A stretch of 17,032 bases of DNA from Bacteriovoracia bacterium (GTDB taxonomy: Bacteria; Bdellovibrionota; Bacteriovoracia; Bacteriovoracales; Bacteriovoracaceae), in assembly GCA_046570105.1 (NCBI GenBank), contig JBKHVI010000055.1, forward strand, positions 1 through 17,032, given 5' to 3'. A model generated the notes under the pieces. That model worked only from the letters and a program-made list of their open reading frames with translations, had not been told where the DNA came from and made no database searches. Shown piece by piece: positions 1 to 8,600 of the stretch. A program made the translations under genes and the position numbers. Every line of letters begins with the position of its first letter. Positions within the stretch are counted from its first letter, which is position 1.

Positions 1-2382
1 TGGAACTCTGAGGCCTACTCAACAGTGGCGGGCCAGAATTCAAATAATTCTATTCGCATTCCACACAAATTTTTCGAAAAGCTCGATCAAGACAGCACGT
101 GGGAGCTCACTGCGAGAACCACTAAAAAAGCTATCAAGACGATTAAGGCAAAAGATTTGTGGGAGCAAATCGTCGAAGCCGCTTGGCAGTCGGCGGATCC
201 GGGCCTGCAATTTGATGACACCATTAATGAATGGCACACTTGTCCAGTCGATGGCCGCATCAATGCCTCAAATCCTTGTTCTGAATATATGTTCCTCGAT
301 GATACCGCCTGCAATCTGGCGTCTTTGAATTTGATTAAATTCTTGGATGCACCCACGGGTATGTTTGATATTGAAAAGTTTGAGCATGCCGTCTCATTGT
401 GGACGATTGTTTTAGAGATTTCTGTCTCCATGGCGCAGTTTCCTTCTAAAGAAATCGCCCAGCGCTCCTTTGACTACCGAACACTTGGTTTGGGTTATGC
501 CAATATCGGTGCAACACTCATGCAAATGGGTCTTCCCTATGATTCAGAAAAAGGCCGCCAGTTTGCTGCCGCGGTGACGGCAATCATGGGAGGAGTGGCC
601 TATAAAACCTCGGCCCTCATGGCGAAAAAACTCGGAGCGTTCACGCGTTATGAGGCTAATAAAACTCATATGCTGAAAGTCATTCGTAATCACCGCAGAG
701 CTGCTCATGCCAAGACTGATTTTGAAGATTTGAAAATTCTCCCGCCAGTTCTTAATCCAAAGTTGATTGATAAAAATCTTGTGACTGCTGCACAGAATGC
801 TTGGGATGAAGCCTTGGAGTTAGGCGAGAAGCATGGTTTTAGAAATGCTCAAACCACGGTGATTGCTCCTACGGGCACCATAGGTCTCGTGATGGATTGT
901 GATACCACGGGGATTGAGCCCGATTTTGCCTTGGTGAAATTTAAAAAACTCGCTGGTGGTGGGTATTTTAAAATCATCAATCAATCGGTGCCGCAAGCGC
1001 TTAAGACACTTGGATATAAAGCGAAAGAAATCGAAGCGATCACCAAATACGCCACGGGGCACGCGACTCTCGTTGGTGCGCCTCATATTAATCCTGAGAG
1101 TCTGACGAAACTTGGATTCACGCCTGAGAAATTAAAAGCGGTGGAGAGTGCGCTTTCAAATGCCTTTGAGCTCTCCTTTGCCTTTAATCGCTACGGTCTT
1201 GGTGATGATTTTATTCGCGATACACTTAAGGTCGAAGAAGCAAACTTAAATAAGGCCGACTTTAATCTCTTAGAGAGTTTGGGATTCACAAAGAAACAAA
1301 TTCAAGAGGCCTCTGATTATGTTTGTGGCACGATGTCTGTTGAAGGCGCCCCTCATCTTAAAGATGAGCATCTGGCGGTTTTTGATTGCGCCAATAAATG
1401 TGGCCGCACGGGAACACGTCTTATTTCTTATGAAGGCCATATTCGCATGATGGCAGCGGTGCAACCGTATCTCTCTGGAGCGATTTCAAAAACCATTAAT
1501 ATGGCGTTTGAAGCTACCCTTGAAGACGTCTCAAAAGCCTATCGTCTCTCTTGGGAATTAGGAGTGAAGGCCAACGCTCTTTACCGTGATGGCTCGAAAC
1601 TCTCTCAACCTTTGAATGCGCAAGCTTTTGAAGAACTCTCACTCGACTATGGGGATCTCTCGCAAAGTGAAAAAATTGAGAAAGTGGCGCAGAAAGTGGT
1701 GGAGAGAATCATCTATAAAGAAGTCTCGCAGAAAAGAGCGCTGCCTAATCGCCGCATGGGCTATACCCAGAAGGCGAATGTCGGGGGCCACAAAATTTAT
1801 CTCAGAACCGGTGATTATCAAGACGGAACTCTTGGTGAAATATTCATTGATATGCATAAAGAGGGTGCTGCGTACCGAAGCCTGATGAATTGCTTCTCCA
1901 TCGCGGTGTCTTTGGGTCTGCAGTATGGTGTGCCGCTTGAAGAATTAGTAGAAGCTTTTACCTTCACCAAGTTTGAGCCAAACGGCGTGGTCGTGGGCCA
2001 TGACAATATTAAAATGGCGACTTCGGTGATTGATTATGTCTTCCGTGATCTCGCGATGAAATATTTGGGTCGCTATGATCTCGTGCATATTAAGCCCGAG
2101 GATTTGCGTCCAGGTAGATTGAGTGGAGAGTCCGGTGGTGAGGAGCCACTTTTACAAATGATGGAAGAGACTCATCATGCTGATGGGCAAGTCACTAAAG
2201 TTGAAAAAGTTTATTCCAAAGAAGCGGACGCGCATCTGCATACGCAAATGAAGAAACGCCAAGACGCCAAGATTAAAGGCTACGAGGGCGAAGCTTGTCC
2301 CGAATGCCAAAGCTTCACCATGCTTCGTAATGGAGCGTGTATGAAGTGCGATACGTGCGGAGCCACCACCGGTTGCTCCTAA
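1..2382 (+). CDS. nrdJ: Class II adenosylcobalamin-dependent ribonucleotide reductase, 5'-truncated by the window edge
   Basis: The frame is open from base 1 ([17 protein letters not shown]...). It has the active-site NPCSE motif, [26 protein letters not shown] and [15 protein letters not shown]-terminal TSCPD/NrdJb-like region (GHKIYLRTG...GEIFID) and terminal CPEC...[14 protein letters not shown] follow. Confidence 0.97.
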   Translation, partial: WNSEAYSTVAGQNSNNSIRIPHKFFEKLDQDSTWELTARTTKKAIKTIKAKDLWEQIVEAAWQSADPGLQFDDTINEWHTCPVDGRINASNPCSEYMFLDDTACNLASLNLIKFLDAPTGMFDIEKFEHAVSLWTIVLEISVSMAQFPSKEIAQRSFDYRTLGLGYANIGATLMQMGLPYDSEKGRQFAAAVTAIMGGVAYKTSALMAKKLGAFTRYEANKTHMLKVIRNHRRAAHAKTDFEDLKILPPVLNPKLIDKNLVTAAQNAWDEALELGEKHGFRNAQTTVIAPTGTIGLVMDCDTTGIEPDFALVKFKKLAGGGYFKIINQSVPQALKTLGYKAKEIEAITKYATGHATLVGAPHINPESLTKLGFTPEKLKAVESALSNAFELSFAFNRYGLGDDFIRDTLKVEEANLNKADFNLLESLGFTKKQIQEASDYVCGTMSVEGAPHLKDEHLAVFDCANKCGRTGTRLISYEGHIRMMAAVQPYLSGAISKTINMAFEATLEDVSKAYRLSWELGVKANALYRDGSKLSQPLNAQAFEELSLDYGDLSQSEKIEKVAQKVVERIIYKEVSQKRALPNRRMGYTQKANVGGHKIYLRTGDYQDGTLGEIFIDMHKEGAAYRSLMNCFSIAVSLGLQYGVPLEELVEAFTFTKFEPNGVVVGHDNIKMATSVIDYVFRDLAMKYLGRYDLVHIKPEDLRPGRLSGESGGEEPLLQMMEETHHADGQVTKVEKVYSKEADAHLHTQMKKRQDAKIKGYEGEACPECQSFTMLRNGACMKCDTCGATTGCS

Positions 2383-2442
2383 ATCTCCCTGCACCAGGTT
2401 TCCCTTTTTTTCGAGAGACATCGAAGAAACCTGAACACACAC

Positions 2443-2467
2443 TGGCCCCCGTATGGGGGCCATTTCT
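2443..2467 (+). terminator. Probable intrinsic terminator of nrdJ
   Basis: Perfect 8-bp GC-rich stem TGGCCCCC(2443-2450)-GTAT-GGGGGCCA(2455-2462) followed by TTTCT, 60 nt after the stop. The U-tract is short. Confidence 0.65.
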
Positions 2468-2468
2468 A

Positions 2469-2519
2469 TATCCAGGATGGATAGTATGCCGACGAAGGCC
2501 GTGATGGCCGAGAGTCGGC
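2469..2519. repeat. Double-hairpin element (REP-like); first loop carries GGA
   Basis: TATCCA-GGA-TGGATA (2469-2483), then GCCGAC(2488-2493)/GTCGGC(2514-2519) enclosing GGCC-GTGAT-GGCC. Only one copy is in the window, so repeat status is inferred. Confidence 0.35.
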
Positions 2520-2575
2520 GAACCCGCAACCTCTTGGCGATAGCGTCTAATCTGAAATCCGATTAAGATTTAAAA

Positions 2576-2805
2576 GGGAAGGTCGCTCTGAAATATTCAC
2601 TTCAGAGCGAGGTGCTGACACACCAAAGAGTGAACATGAGCGTGAACTGCATCAACGGGTAACATGAGCATTCTCCTTCCCGCCTTGTTTTCTGCAAAGC
2701 GGGCGGAAAATTTTAAAAGTGTAAGTTCTGAAAACGCTTAAGCCTCTGCGGCGATGCAGAAGTAAAAAAGTATCAGGGAAAAGTAAAAATTCCCCACGAG
2801 CGTTT
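2576..2805. ncRNA. Candidate structured RNA, or structured small-protein mRNA, between convergent genes
   Basis: Stems: 2583-2592/2601-2610 (perfect 10 bp), 2611-2614/2621-2624, 2576-2582/2675-2681, 2679-2687/2695-2703, and 2732-2738/2799-2805 enclosing 2745-2749/2756-2760 and 2776-2780/2790-2794. No known RNA family was recognised. Confidence 0.4.
2597..2665 (-). CDS. Putative 22-aa His/Cys-rich small peptide MLPVDAVHAHVHSLVCQHLALK (alternative start 2671 gives 24 aa)
   Basis: AAGGAG (complement of 2673-2678) lies 7 nt before the ATG. The TGA stop lies in the loop of a perfect 10-bp hairpin. The peptide has an HxHxHxxxCxH motif. It is below the size cut-off of the ORF track. Confidence 0.4.
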   Translation of the reverse strand: MLPVDAVHAHVHSLVCQHLALK

Positions 2806-2827
2806 AGTATTTGAGAATGGGATTTAG

Positions 2828-3424
2828 TTAAAAGTCTTCATCCACCGGAATAGATGGCAGAACGAAATTGAGCGCGAAGCCCACACGGTAATTCCAGATG
2901 CCGTATTCGTTTTCAAAGCCTGAACCGTTTTCGGGATGAAGGGTCGAGTTTAAGGCGTGAAAGCTGACGATAATACCAAAATGCTGTCCAAGCTTGATAC
3001 GATGGCCGATGCCGAATTCGTAAGCGCGCTCTTTGCTCTCGATCTCAACTTCGCTATTGCCTTTGGCAATATCTTTGAAAGTAAGTCTTCCAATGCTGGC
3101 CGAGAGAAATGTTTTACCGAGCCAAAGTTTTAGACCACCGCCCATGTAACTGATGTCGACGACTTCGGTTTGTTCGGCGCGATTGGCGGTGTTGTCGAGG
3201 CTCGCTTTTTGAAAAATACCAAAAAGTGAAAGGGCACTCGTCTCACCAAACTGCATGAGATAATCGAGTTCGCCATAGCCACCGGCCCCGCGATAAGTGG
3301 GGACTTCATCTTGCCCCAAAATATTGAGTTGGTTATAAGTCGCACCAGCTGTTAACAAAAGTTCAGCGGCTTGAGTGTGCGAGAGAGTTGTAAGGAGTAG
3401 CACAAAGACAAAGAACCGCTTCAT
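2828..3424 (-). CDS. Small outer-membrane beta-barrel protein (OmpA/OmpW-like size), signal peptide
   Basis: Signal peptide MKRFFVFVLLLTTLSHTQA. Alternating amphipathic strands with Gly/aromatic girdles (GGYGELDYL, YMGGGLKLWL, YEFGIGHRIKL, YRVGFALNF). The start overlaps the upstream stop (ATGA). Confidence 0.7.
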   Translation of the reverse strand: MKRFFVFVLLLTTLSHTQAAELLLTAGATYNQLNILGQDEVPTYRGAGGYGELDYLMQFGETSALSLFGIFQKASLDNTANRAEQTEVVDISYMGGGLKLWLGKTFLSASIGRLTFKDIAKGNSEVEIESKERAYEFGIGHRIKLGQHFGIIVSFHALNSTLHPENGSGFENEYGIWNYRVGFALNFVLPSIPVDEDF

Positions 3425-4377
3425 GGCACCACAATGACTTTCATCGGCTGGCGCATCGCCGAGGCGTTGTCGATGTAAGCTTTAGACCCTACACGTGTGG
3501 CACTGTTGCCACTGATGGCGAGCTGCTCGCAGGTGTTGAAGGTGGTGTTGCAAGCAAGAATATTGCCGTTAGGAAGTTGGGCCAAGGCCGAGGGGCCTTG
3601 CATGAGACTGGTGTTGTTATAAAGCACACCGACGTAAGAGCGATCGGCGTTGTAGAGATAGAGTGTATTGCCGACTCGCGCTGAGATAACAAAGCGTCCG
3701 TCCGAAAGTTCAAGCACATCAAATGGATCACAGTTTGTCGTGCATGCTGAGTTGGCGAATGTTCCTTGCAATACACCTGCTTCAGTGTAGACACGCGGCT
3801 GATCGGGGTTCGTCGTAAAGGTCACGACAAAGCGTCCGCCAGAAATAGCGCGAACTGAATTAATGGCGGTAGGGATGGTAATGGGAAATGGAGCAGTGGC
3901 GCGCACACCTGCCGCCGTGTATTTTTCTAGTACGGTGGCGGATTCTGCGACTAAGCGATCACCATTAGAGAGCAAGGCCATCGCTCGCATGGTGGTGCCG
4001 TTCAAGTTGGCGTCGTTCACATCAGGCAGCAGTGTATTGCTGGCGAGATCAATGCGTTGAAGACGATCGATGTTTTCGGTGGTGAAGACGAGTTCAAAAG
4101 TGGCAGGATCAAGATCGCCACCATAGAGGTATTGGGCAGCGGTGGCCGCCTCGTAAAGAAAGCGTTTAAATTTTCCCGTATTCGAGAAAAGAGCAATTTT
4201 ATGAAGTGGGAAAGGTGTCGCTGTTGCCGCCACGTTGCCACCGGAGATAATAATCAAATCTCCCGATTCAGCTCGGGAATTATCGACTGGTGGGTTGGTG
4301 ACCGCTTCAAAGTTGGCCTCATCCATACAGGATGTGATTAAAAGCAGGAGTAGTGGGAATAAAAGGGCATTCCTCAT
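3421..4377 (-). CDS. Lipoprotein with NHL-like beta-propeller blades
   Basis: Likely start is MRNALLFPLLLLLITSC (lipobox ITSC) rather than 4395. Recurring blade motifs LSNGDRLVAES, ISGGRFVVT, LSDGRFVIS and LPNGNILAC at about 40-45 aa spacing. Paired cysteines. Confidence 0.75.
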   Translation of the reverse strand: MRNALLFPLLLLLITSCMDEANFEAVTNPPVDNSRAESGDLIIISGGNVAATATPFPLHKIALFSNTGKFKRFLYEAATAAQYLYGGDLDPATFELVFTTENIDRLQRIDLASNTLLPDVNDANLNGTTMRAMALLSNGDRLVAESATVLEKYTAAGVRATAPFPITIPTAINSVRAISGGRFVVTFTTNPDQPRVYTEAGVLQGTFANSACTTNCDPFDVLELSDGRFVISARVGNTLYLYNADRSYVGVLYNNTSLMQGPSALAQLPNGNILACNTTFNTCEQLAISGNSATRVGSKAYIDNASAMRQPMKVIVVP

Positions 4378-4456
4378 AGGTAAATAATAAGCCATATTTA
4401 AAATATTAAGAACGGTGGTAAAAACTTCTGCGAAAGCCGGATTGTTTTTGTAGGAT

Positions 4457-5164
4457 ATGGGTATGATAGAGCGTGGAACTTGTTGGAAATGTTACCGTCC
4501 GCAGAATGCGTGCCTGTGCGAGCATCTTGTCACGCTTGCGACACGCACCCGTGTGGTGATCTTAATGCATCCGAAAGAGTTTAAGCGTGAGAAGGCGGCC
4601 ACAGGGAAGTTAACTCATGCCTGTTTGCCCAACTCTGAAATTCAGTGGGACGAGAGTTTCTTGGAGAACAAGCGGGTTAATGAACTATTAAATGATCCCA
4701 CTAAGTATCCCGTACTGCTCTATCCGGGTGATCAGTCGCTGAATGTATCCCTTGGTGAGTTCCGGGTGGCTGTTTTAGGTGAGCGAGAGTTGGTGGTGTT
4801 TGTGCTCGATGGCACATGGCCTTGTGCTAAGAAGATGCTTAAGCTCTCAACCAATTTGCAGAATATTCCGCGCTTGATGTTCACTCCCACGCAGAAAAGT
4901 CAGTTTGTGATTAAGCAGCAGCCTCATGAGTTGTGTTTATCAACGATTGAAAGTGTGCAGCAGTTTTTAGAAGCTTTGTCGGCACAAGGTTTTGAAGAAC
5001 CGCTTGAGTGGGAGAGTTTACTTAAGCCGTTCATGGCCATGCAGCAATATCAGATTGAGGCGAGTCGTGATCCCACACGTCAGCGCTATCGCAAGTCGGG
5101 TGGTTATAAGACGCCCGAAGAGCGAGGACCGTTGCGAGAGCGCTCACGCAAACTTTTTTTCTAA
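4457..5164 (+). CDS. tapT: DTW-domain tRNA-uridine aminocarboxypropyltransferase (TapT/TuaA/YfiP family)
   Basis: N-terminal CWKC...CLC, then HPKE, TGKL, LLYP, the diagnostic LDGTW motif and LSTIES. The start could be 4457 or 4463. Confidence 0.9.
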   Translation: MGMIERGTCWKCYRPQNACLCEHLVTLATRTRVVILMHPKEFKREKAATGKLTHACLPNSEIQWDESFLENKRVNELLNDPTKYPVLLYPGDQSLNVSLGEFRVAVLGERELVVFVLDGTWPCAKKMLKLSTNLQNIPRLMFTPTQKSQFVIKQQPHELCLSTIESVQQFLEALSAQGFEEPLEWESLLKPFMAMQQYQIEASRDPTRQRYRKSGGYKTPEERGPLRERSRKLFF

Positions 5165-5637
5165 CGTAGCTTTTGCTGCAATTTCTTTTTTGCAAGCGCG
5201 CGCTGTTTAGCGTTCTCAAAGCGGCGCACTTCATCAGGTGATTCGACTTTGAGTTCAGGGACATCTGTGGGTTTACCAAGATCGTCGAGAGCAACGAAGG
5301 TGAGATAGGCTTTTGTCGTTTTACGGCGTTCACCGGTCATGGGATTTTCCGAGGTCACTTTTACGCCGACGATCATCGAAGATTTACCGACGTAATTAAG
5401 CGATGCTTGGATATGGACATGATGGCCCATTTTCACGGGAGCAATAAAATCGATATCACTGATATGGACTGTCACCACCGGACGATTGGCATGACGAGCG
5501 GCCACCATGGCGGCGGCGATATCCATCCAGCTCATAACGGTGCCCCCGAAAACAGTATTCTGCGGATTAGTGTGATGAGGCATCACCATCTCACGCATTT
5601 CAACAGCACTATCAGAGGGAGTTTTAGAAGTTTTCAC
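5161..5637 (-). CDS. Acyl-CoA thioesterase, HotDog fold (YciA-like)
   Basis: Motifs VMPHHTNPQNTVFGGTVMSWMDIAA, VVTV, IDFIAPVKMG, VGKSSMIVGVKV and AYLTFVALDDLGKP. Confidence 0.93.
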   Translation of the reverse strand: MKTSKTPSDSAVEMREMVMPHHTNPQNTVFGGTVMSWMDIAAAMVAARHANRPVVTVHISDIDFIAPVKMGHHVHIQASLNYVGKSSMIVGVKVTSENPMTGERRKTTKAYLTFVALDDLGKPTDVPELKVESPDEVRRFENAKQRALAKKKLQQKLR

Positions 5638-5646
5638 AAGCGATCC

Positions 5647-8600
5647 TTATTGGCAGTAAATGTGGTGATTCCAGCGGAACCCGGCCATATAGGCGAAGTA
5701 ACCGGTCTCACTTGTTCCACCGCCGCTTGAGTTTGCACCAATATCGGCCGGTGAATCTACGATGCCATAAACGGTAGTCCCTTGGGAAGCCGCTGAGAAT
5801 GGCTCAGGGTTAAATTGTCCAAAGACACCACCGCGACGAGTTTGACCCGATTCGCAGATCTCGCTACCAATAGCAGAGACTTTAGCATTGACCGTTGCAG
5901 TCAACATCGGTTCACCCGTCAATTGGTTAAAGTCGCTTTCCACCAATGGAGATGACATCAAATGATCTCCCGTTCCTTCATTCGAGACGAAACGGTTAAG
6001 ATAGACACTTAAGTTTGTTCCCGCTGGCAGCAAACATTTGAGTGTGCCCGGAGGAAGTGATTCATCGCTTGGTTCGGCGGCGTAGCCCGAGCAGCACAGA
6101 TTGGCGCTCGTAGTTTCTTTGCCGGCCGGCTTACAGCATTTGAAATCATGTGAAGAGAAGACCGCACCATTTTCTAGTCCGTGGTGAGTTGTTCGCCAGT
6201 CTTGTGAATCAAAGAAAGCAAAACTGACATTGTTAAATTGAGCGCGGTTCGTGTCAGAGTTAGGAATTTTGAAAATTCCAGGAACCAGTTTTTCAGCGTT
6301 GTTGTTACATACCAATTTCTGGTGAGTAATTTGTGGAATACCTGCAAGCTCCAAGCGTCCTAGGATATCGAGGTAATGAACATCGGTACAAGCGCGCTTA
6401 GCAAGTGGACGTGAGAGATCACCAATGCCTGGTGGAAGGAAGGTGATCTTGGCGCCATATTGACTTTGATTGGTGGCACCGGTGTTATTAAAATCACCAG
6501 GCTCACCTGGAATGATGGCAATTTTTATGATTCGAGTGCTGGTGTTGTATTCATAGCAGCAGCTGCCAGGTCCTGCAGTACATGCGCCAGTATCTGTGGC
6601 ACTGGTTATACCTGTCGCTTCCATTGCACAGGTACGGAAATCAGCACCAGTTGGGCTGCCAAGGCCCTGACGATGTACATCGACCGTAATGGAAGAATTC
6701 CCCACATAGCTTGGCATGAACATGGTGATGTTGCGACGGCCATCAGGGATCGAATAATCAACAAGTGTATTGATGTTACTATCCGCTGTCGTAGGTGGGA
6801 AGAAGGCAAAAATATTATTCGCCGAACTCCATGCCACGAGTCCTGGCAGAGTAGAGAATTGGGCCTGAACTGGAGCGGCATATGAGTTGGTTGCGGGATC
6901 TAAGAATTCGCGAGTGGCACAACTGATATTGGAGATGGAACCTTCTTGGAGACTGATCTGCGCGCAGTTGCCGGTGGCACCACTGATATCGAAACAGTAT
7001 TTATTATAATCAACATCAATTTGAGGCTGATTTAATCCCCAAATGCTAGGCGTGGTAGTTGTGACTAAAGGTGAAAGATAATTTAAGCATCGGAAGTTTG
7101 ATACATCCAGACGGAAGCGGTCTTTTTTTGTCCAGTCATGGGTGCCATCTTCGAACTTACGAATCCAGCCACCCCCACAGCAAGTTTTTGAGTTGGCCTC
7201 ATCGAGAGTCTTCCACTGATTGGGTGTCATAACGTTAGAAGGTAGCGAGCCCGCTGCTAGCCCGCCTGAGTAGAATTGCGTTTGGATTGCACCAGATGGG
7301 CTAGTTCTTCCTGAGAAAGCAGAGAGAACTGGGAAAGTTGAGCCAATACCACGCACATGAGAGAAGCGCTCGTAGCGGCCCTGGTTCGTTGGTTCAGCAA
7401 TTCCCGTTGCTAATGGATTAAGTGTTGCTGTGAGTGGGTCCGTGGCATTCGTACCACTTGATTCTTGGGCCGAGTAAGTCGTGATGTCTTTGCCAATTTC
7501 TCGACAACAGACGTTCTTTGTCATGTCATAGTCATCAAAGTTTGATGAGTTGAAAAGAGGTTTGTCGGCCGCTTGTCCACATACCAAATACTGTTCATAG
7601 TATTCGCGGTTAGGTGTATTGCCAAAGTGGGATACGTCAAAAAATTGCGTCTGATCGGCATGGAATTTGTTTGGTGAACAATCTAAATCAGTGTGACAAG
7701 CACTTCCTGGGCGACGTAAACAGGCATCTCGTACAAGCGTAGGAGTGACATTTAAAGAGGCATTGAGAGGTTTGCCTTCAATGAGCTTAAATGGAGAATT
7801 ATTTTGTAGCGTATCAGATGTCGCATTGGTGGTGACTGTGCCATTTCGAAGTGATTCAAGTCCACAGCTGTTTTGTTCTACTGAGCGACGTGACCACTGA
7901 GATGAAGAAGTAAATGAGGCAAAATCACCTGATTGATGGAGATAGTTACCATCATCGCCAATCACCGGACAGCTGGCGAGCTTGTTAATACTTAAATAGT
8001 TTGAAGGACACGCGCCAATCTGATTGATGTAATCAGTACGAGAAAACTCATCCAGTCCTTGGTGTTGATTGAATGGATTCCAAAGTGTTCCTACATCTGT
8101 CGATGTTGGTAAACGTTTACCAGGGCGACACAGTCCCACTTTACCTAAAGCCTGAGGATCCATCGCTGTGACGTTAGCATCAATGGCACGGCGAATTGGG
8201 TCAGAGACAATTTGTGTAAGACTATTTGCTGGAGTGGCATTTTTATTATGAATATAATCGAGTGGGCGGCCAAGGAAGTTGGCATCTCTTCCATAAAGAT
8301 GATTATTCGTCACCGGCACTTCATCAAGTGGACGAGCAAAGCGTGCCACTTCTTTATTGAAGACATTTAAGAAAGTAGACGTATTAGGAATATTGGTATT
8401 AGTTGAATCCACATCGGCACACCAGAAATTCGGTGCACAAGTAAGCAGTTTTCTTTTCTCAATCTCATTGGCAGGAATATTTCCTGAGTCGGTACGACAG
8501 ACGGCTCCCGCTCCGCGATAGACACAGCGTTTAGTTGAGCCGCTTGGGAGAACTCCTTGCGCTAAGATACTTTCGACTGTACGTGGCTCTTCGCTTGGAT

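Noticed and set aside
1..2382. Intein or intron in nrdJ
   Set aside because: The NPCSE and TTVIAPTGT regions are uninterrupted, with no Hint or homing-endonuclease motifs. The long segment after KKLAGGG is typical of long NrdJ proteins.
2152..2529. 125-aa minus-strand ORF overlapping the nrdJ 3' end
   Set aside because: Antisense shadow of a conserved gene, with a TTG start and no RBS, and it crosses the terminator hairpin.
2470..2640. SAM-I or SAM-I/IV riboswitch (GCAACC...GGTGC present)
   Set aside because: The ATCNAGAG P1/J1-2 element is missing and there is no downstream gene on that strand; probably coincidental.
2633..2669. Direct repeat AACATGAGC (2633-2641, 2661-2669) as a CRISPR remnant or target-site duplication
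   Set aside because: Only two 9-nt copies 28 nt apart, with no cas or transposase gene.
2570..2700. Cobalamin riboswitch (AAAAGGGAA next to a B12-dependent gene)
   Set aside because: No GGTG(A/C)AANTCC T-loop after GGGAA, no CCCCCGCAACTGT or B12 box, and it lies downstream of nrdJ with no plus-strand gene to control.
2383..2827. tmRNA, RNase P RNA, SRP RNA, 6S RNA, tRNA or a c-di-GMP-I riboswitch (merRNA-like)
   Set aside because: None of the diagnostic motifs (GAGGAAAGTCC, CAGGTCCGGAAGGAAGCAG, tRNA-like T-arm with CCA, GGCAAA...GCAAAGC) were found on either strand, and there is no single long 6S-type rod.
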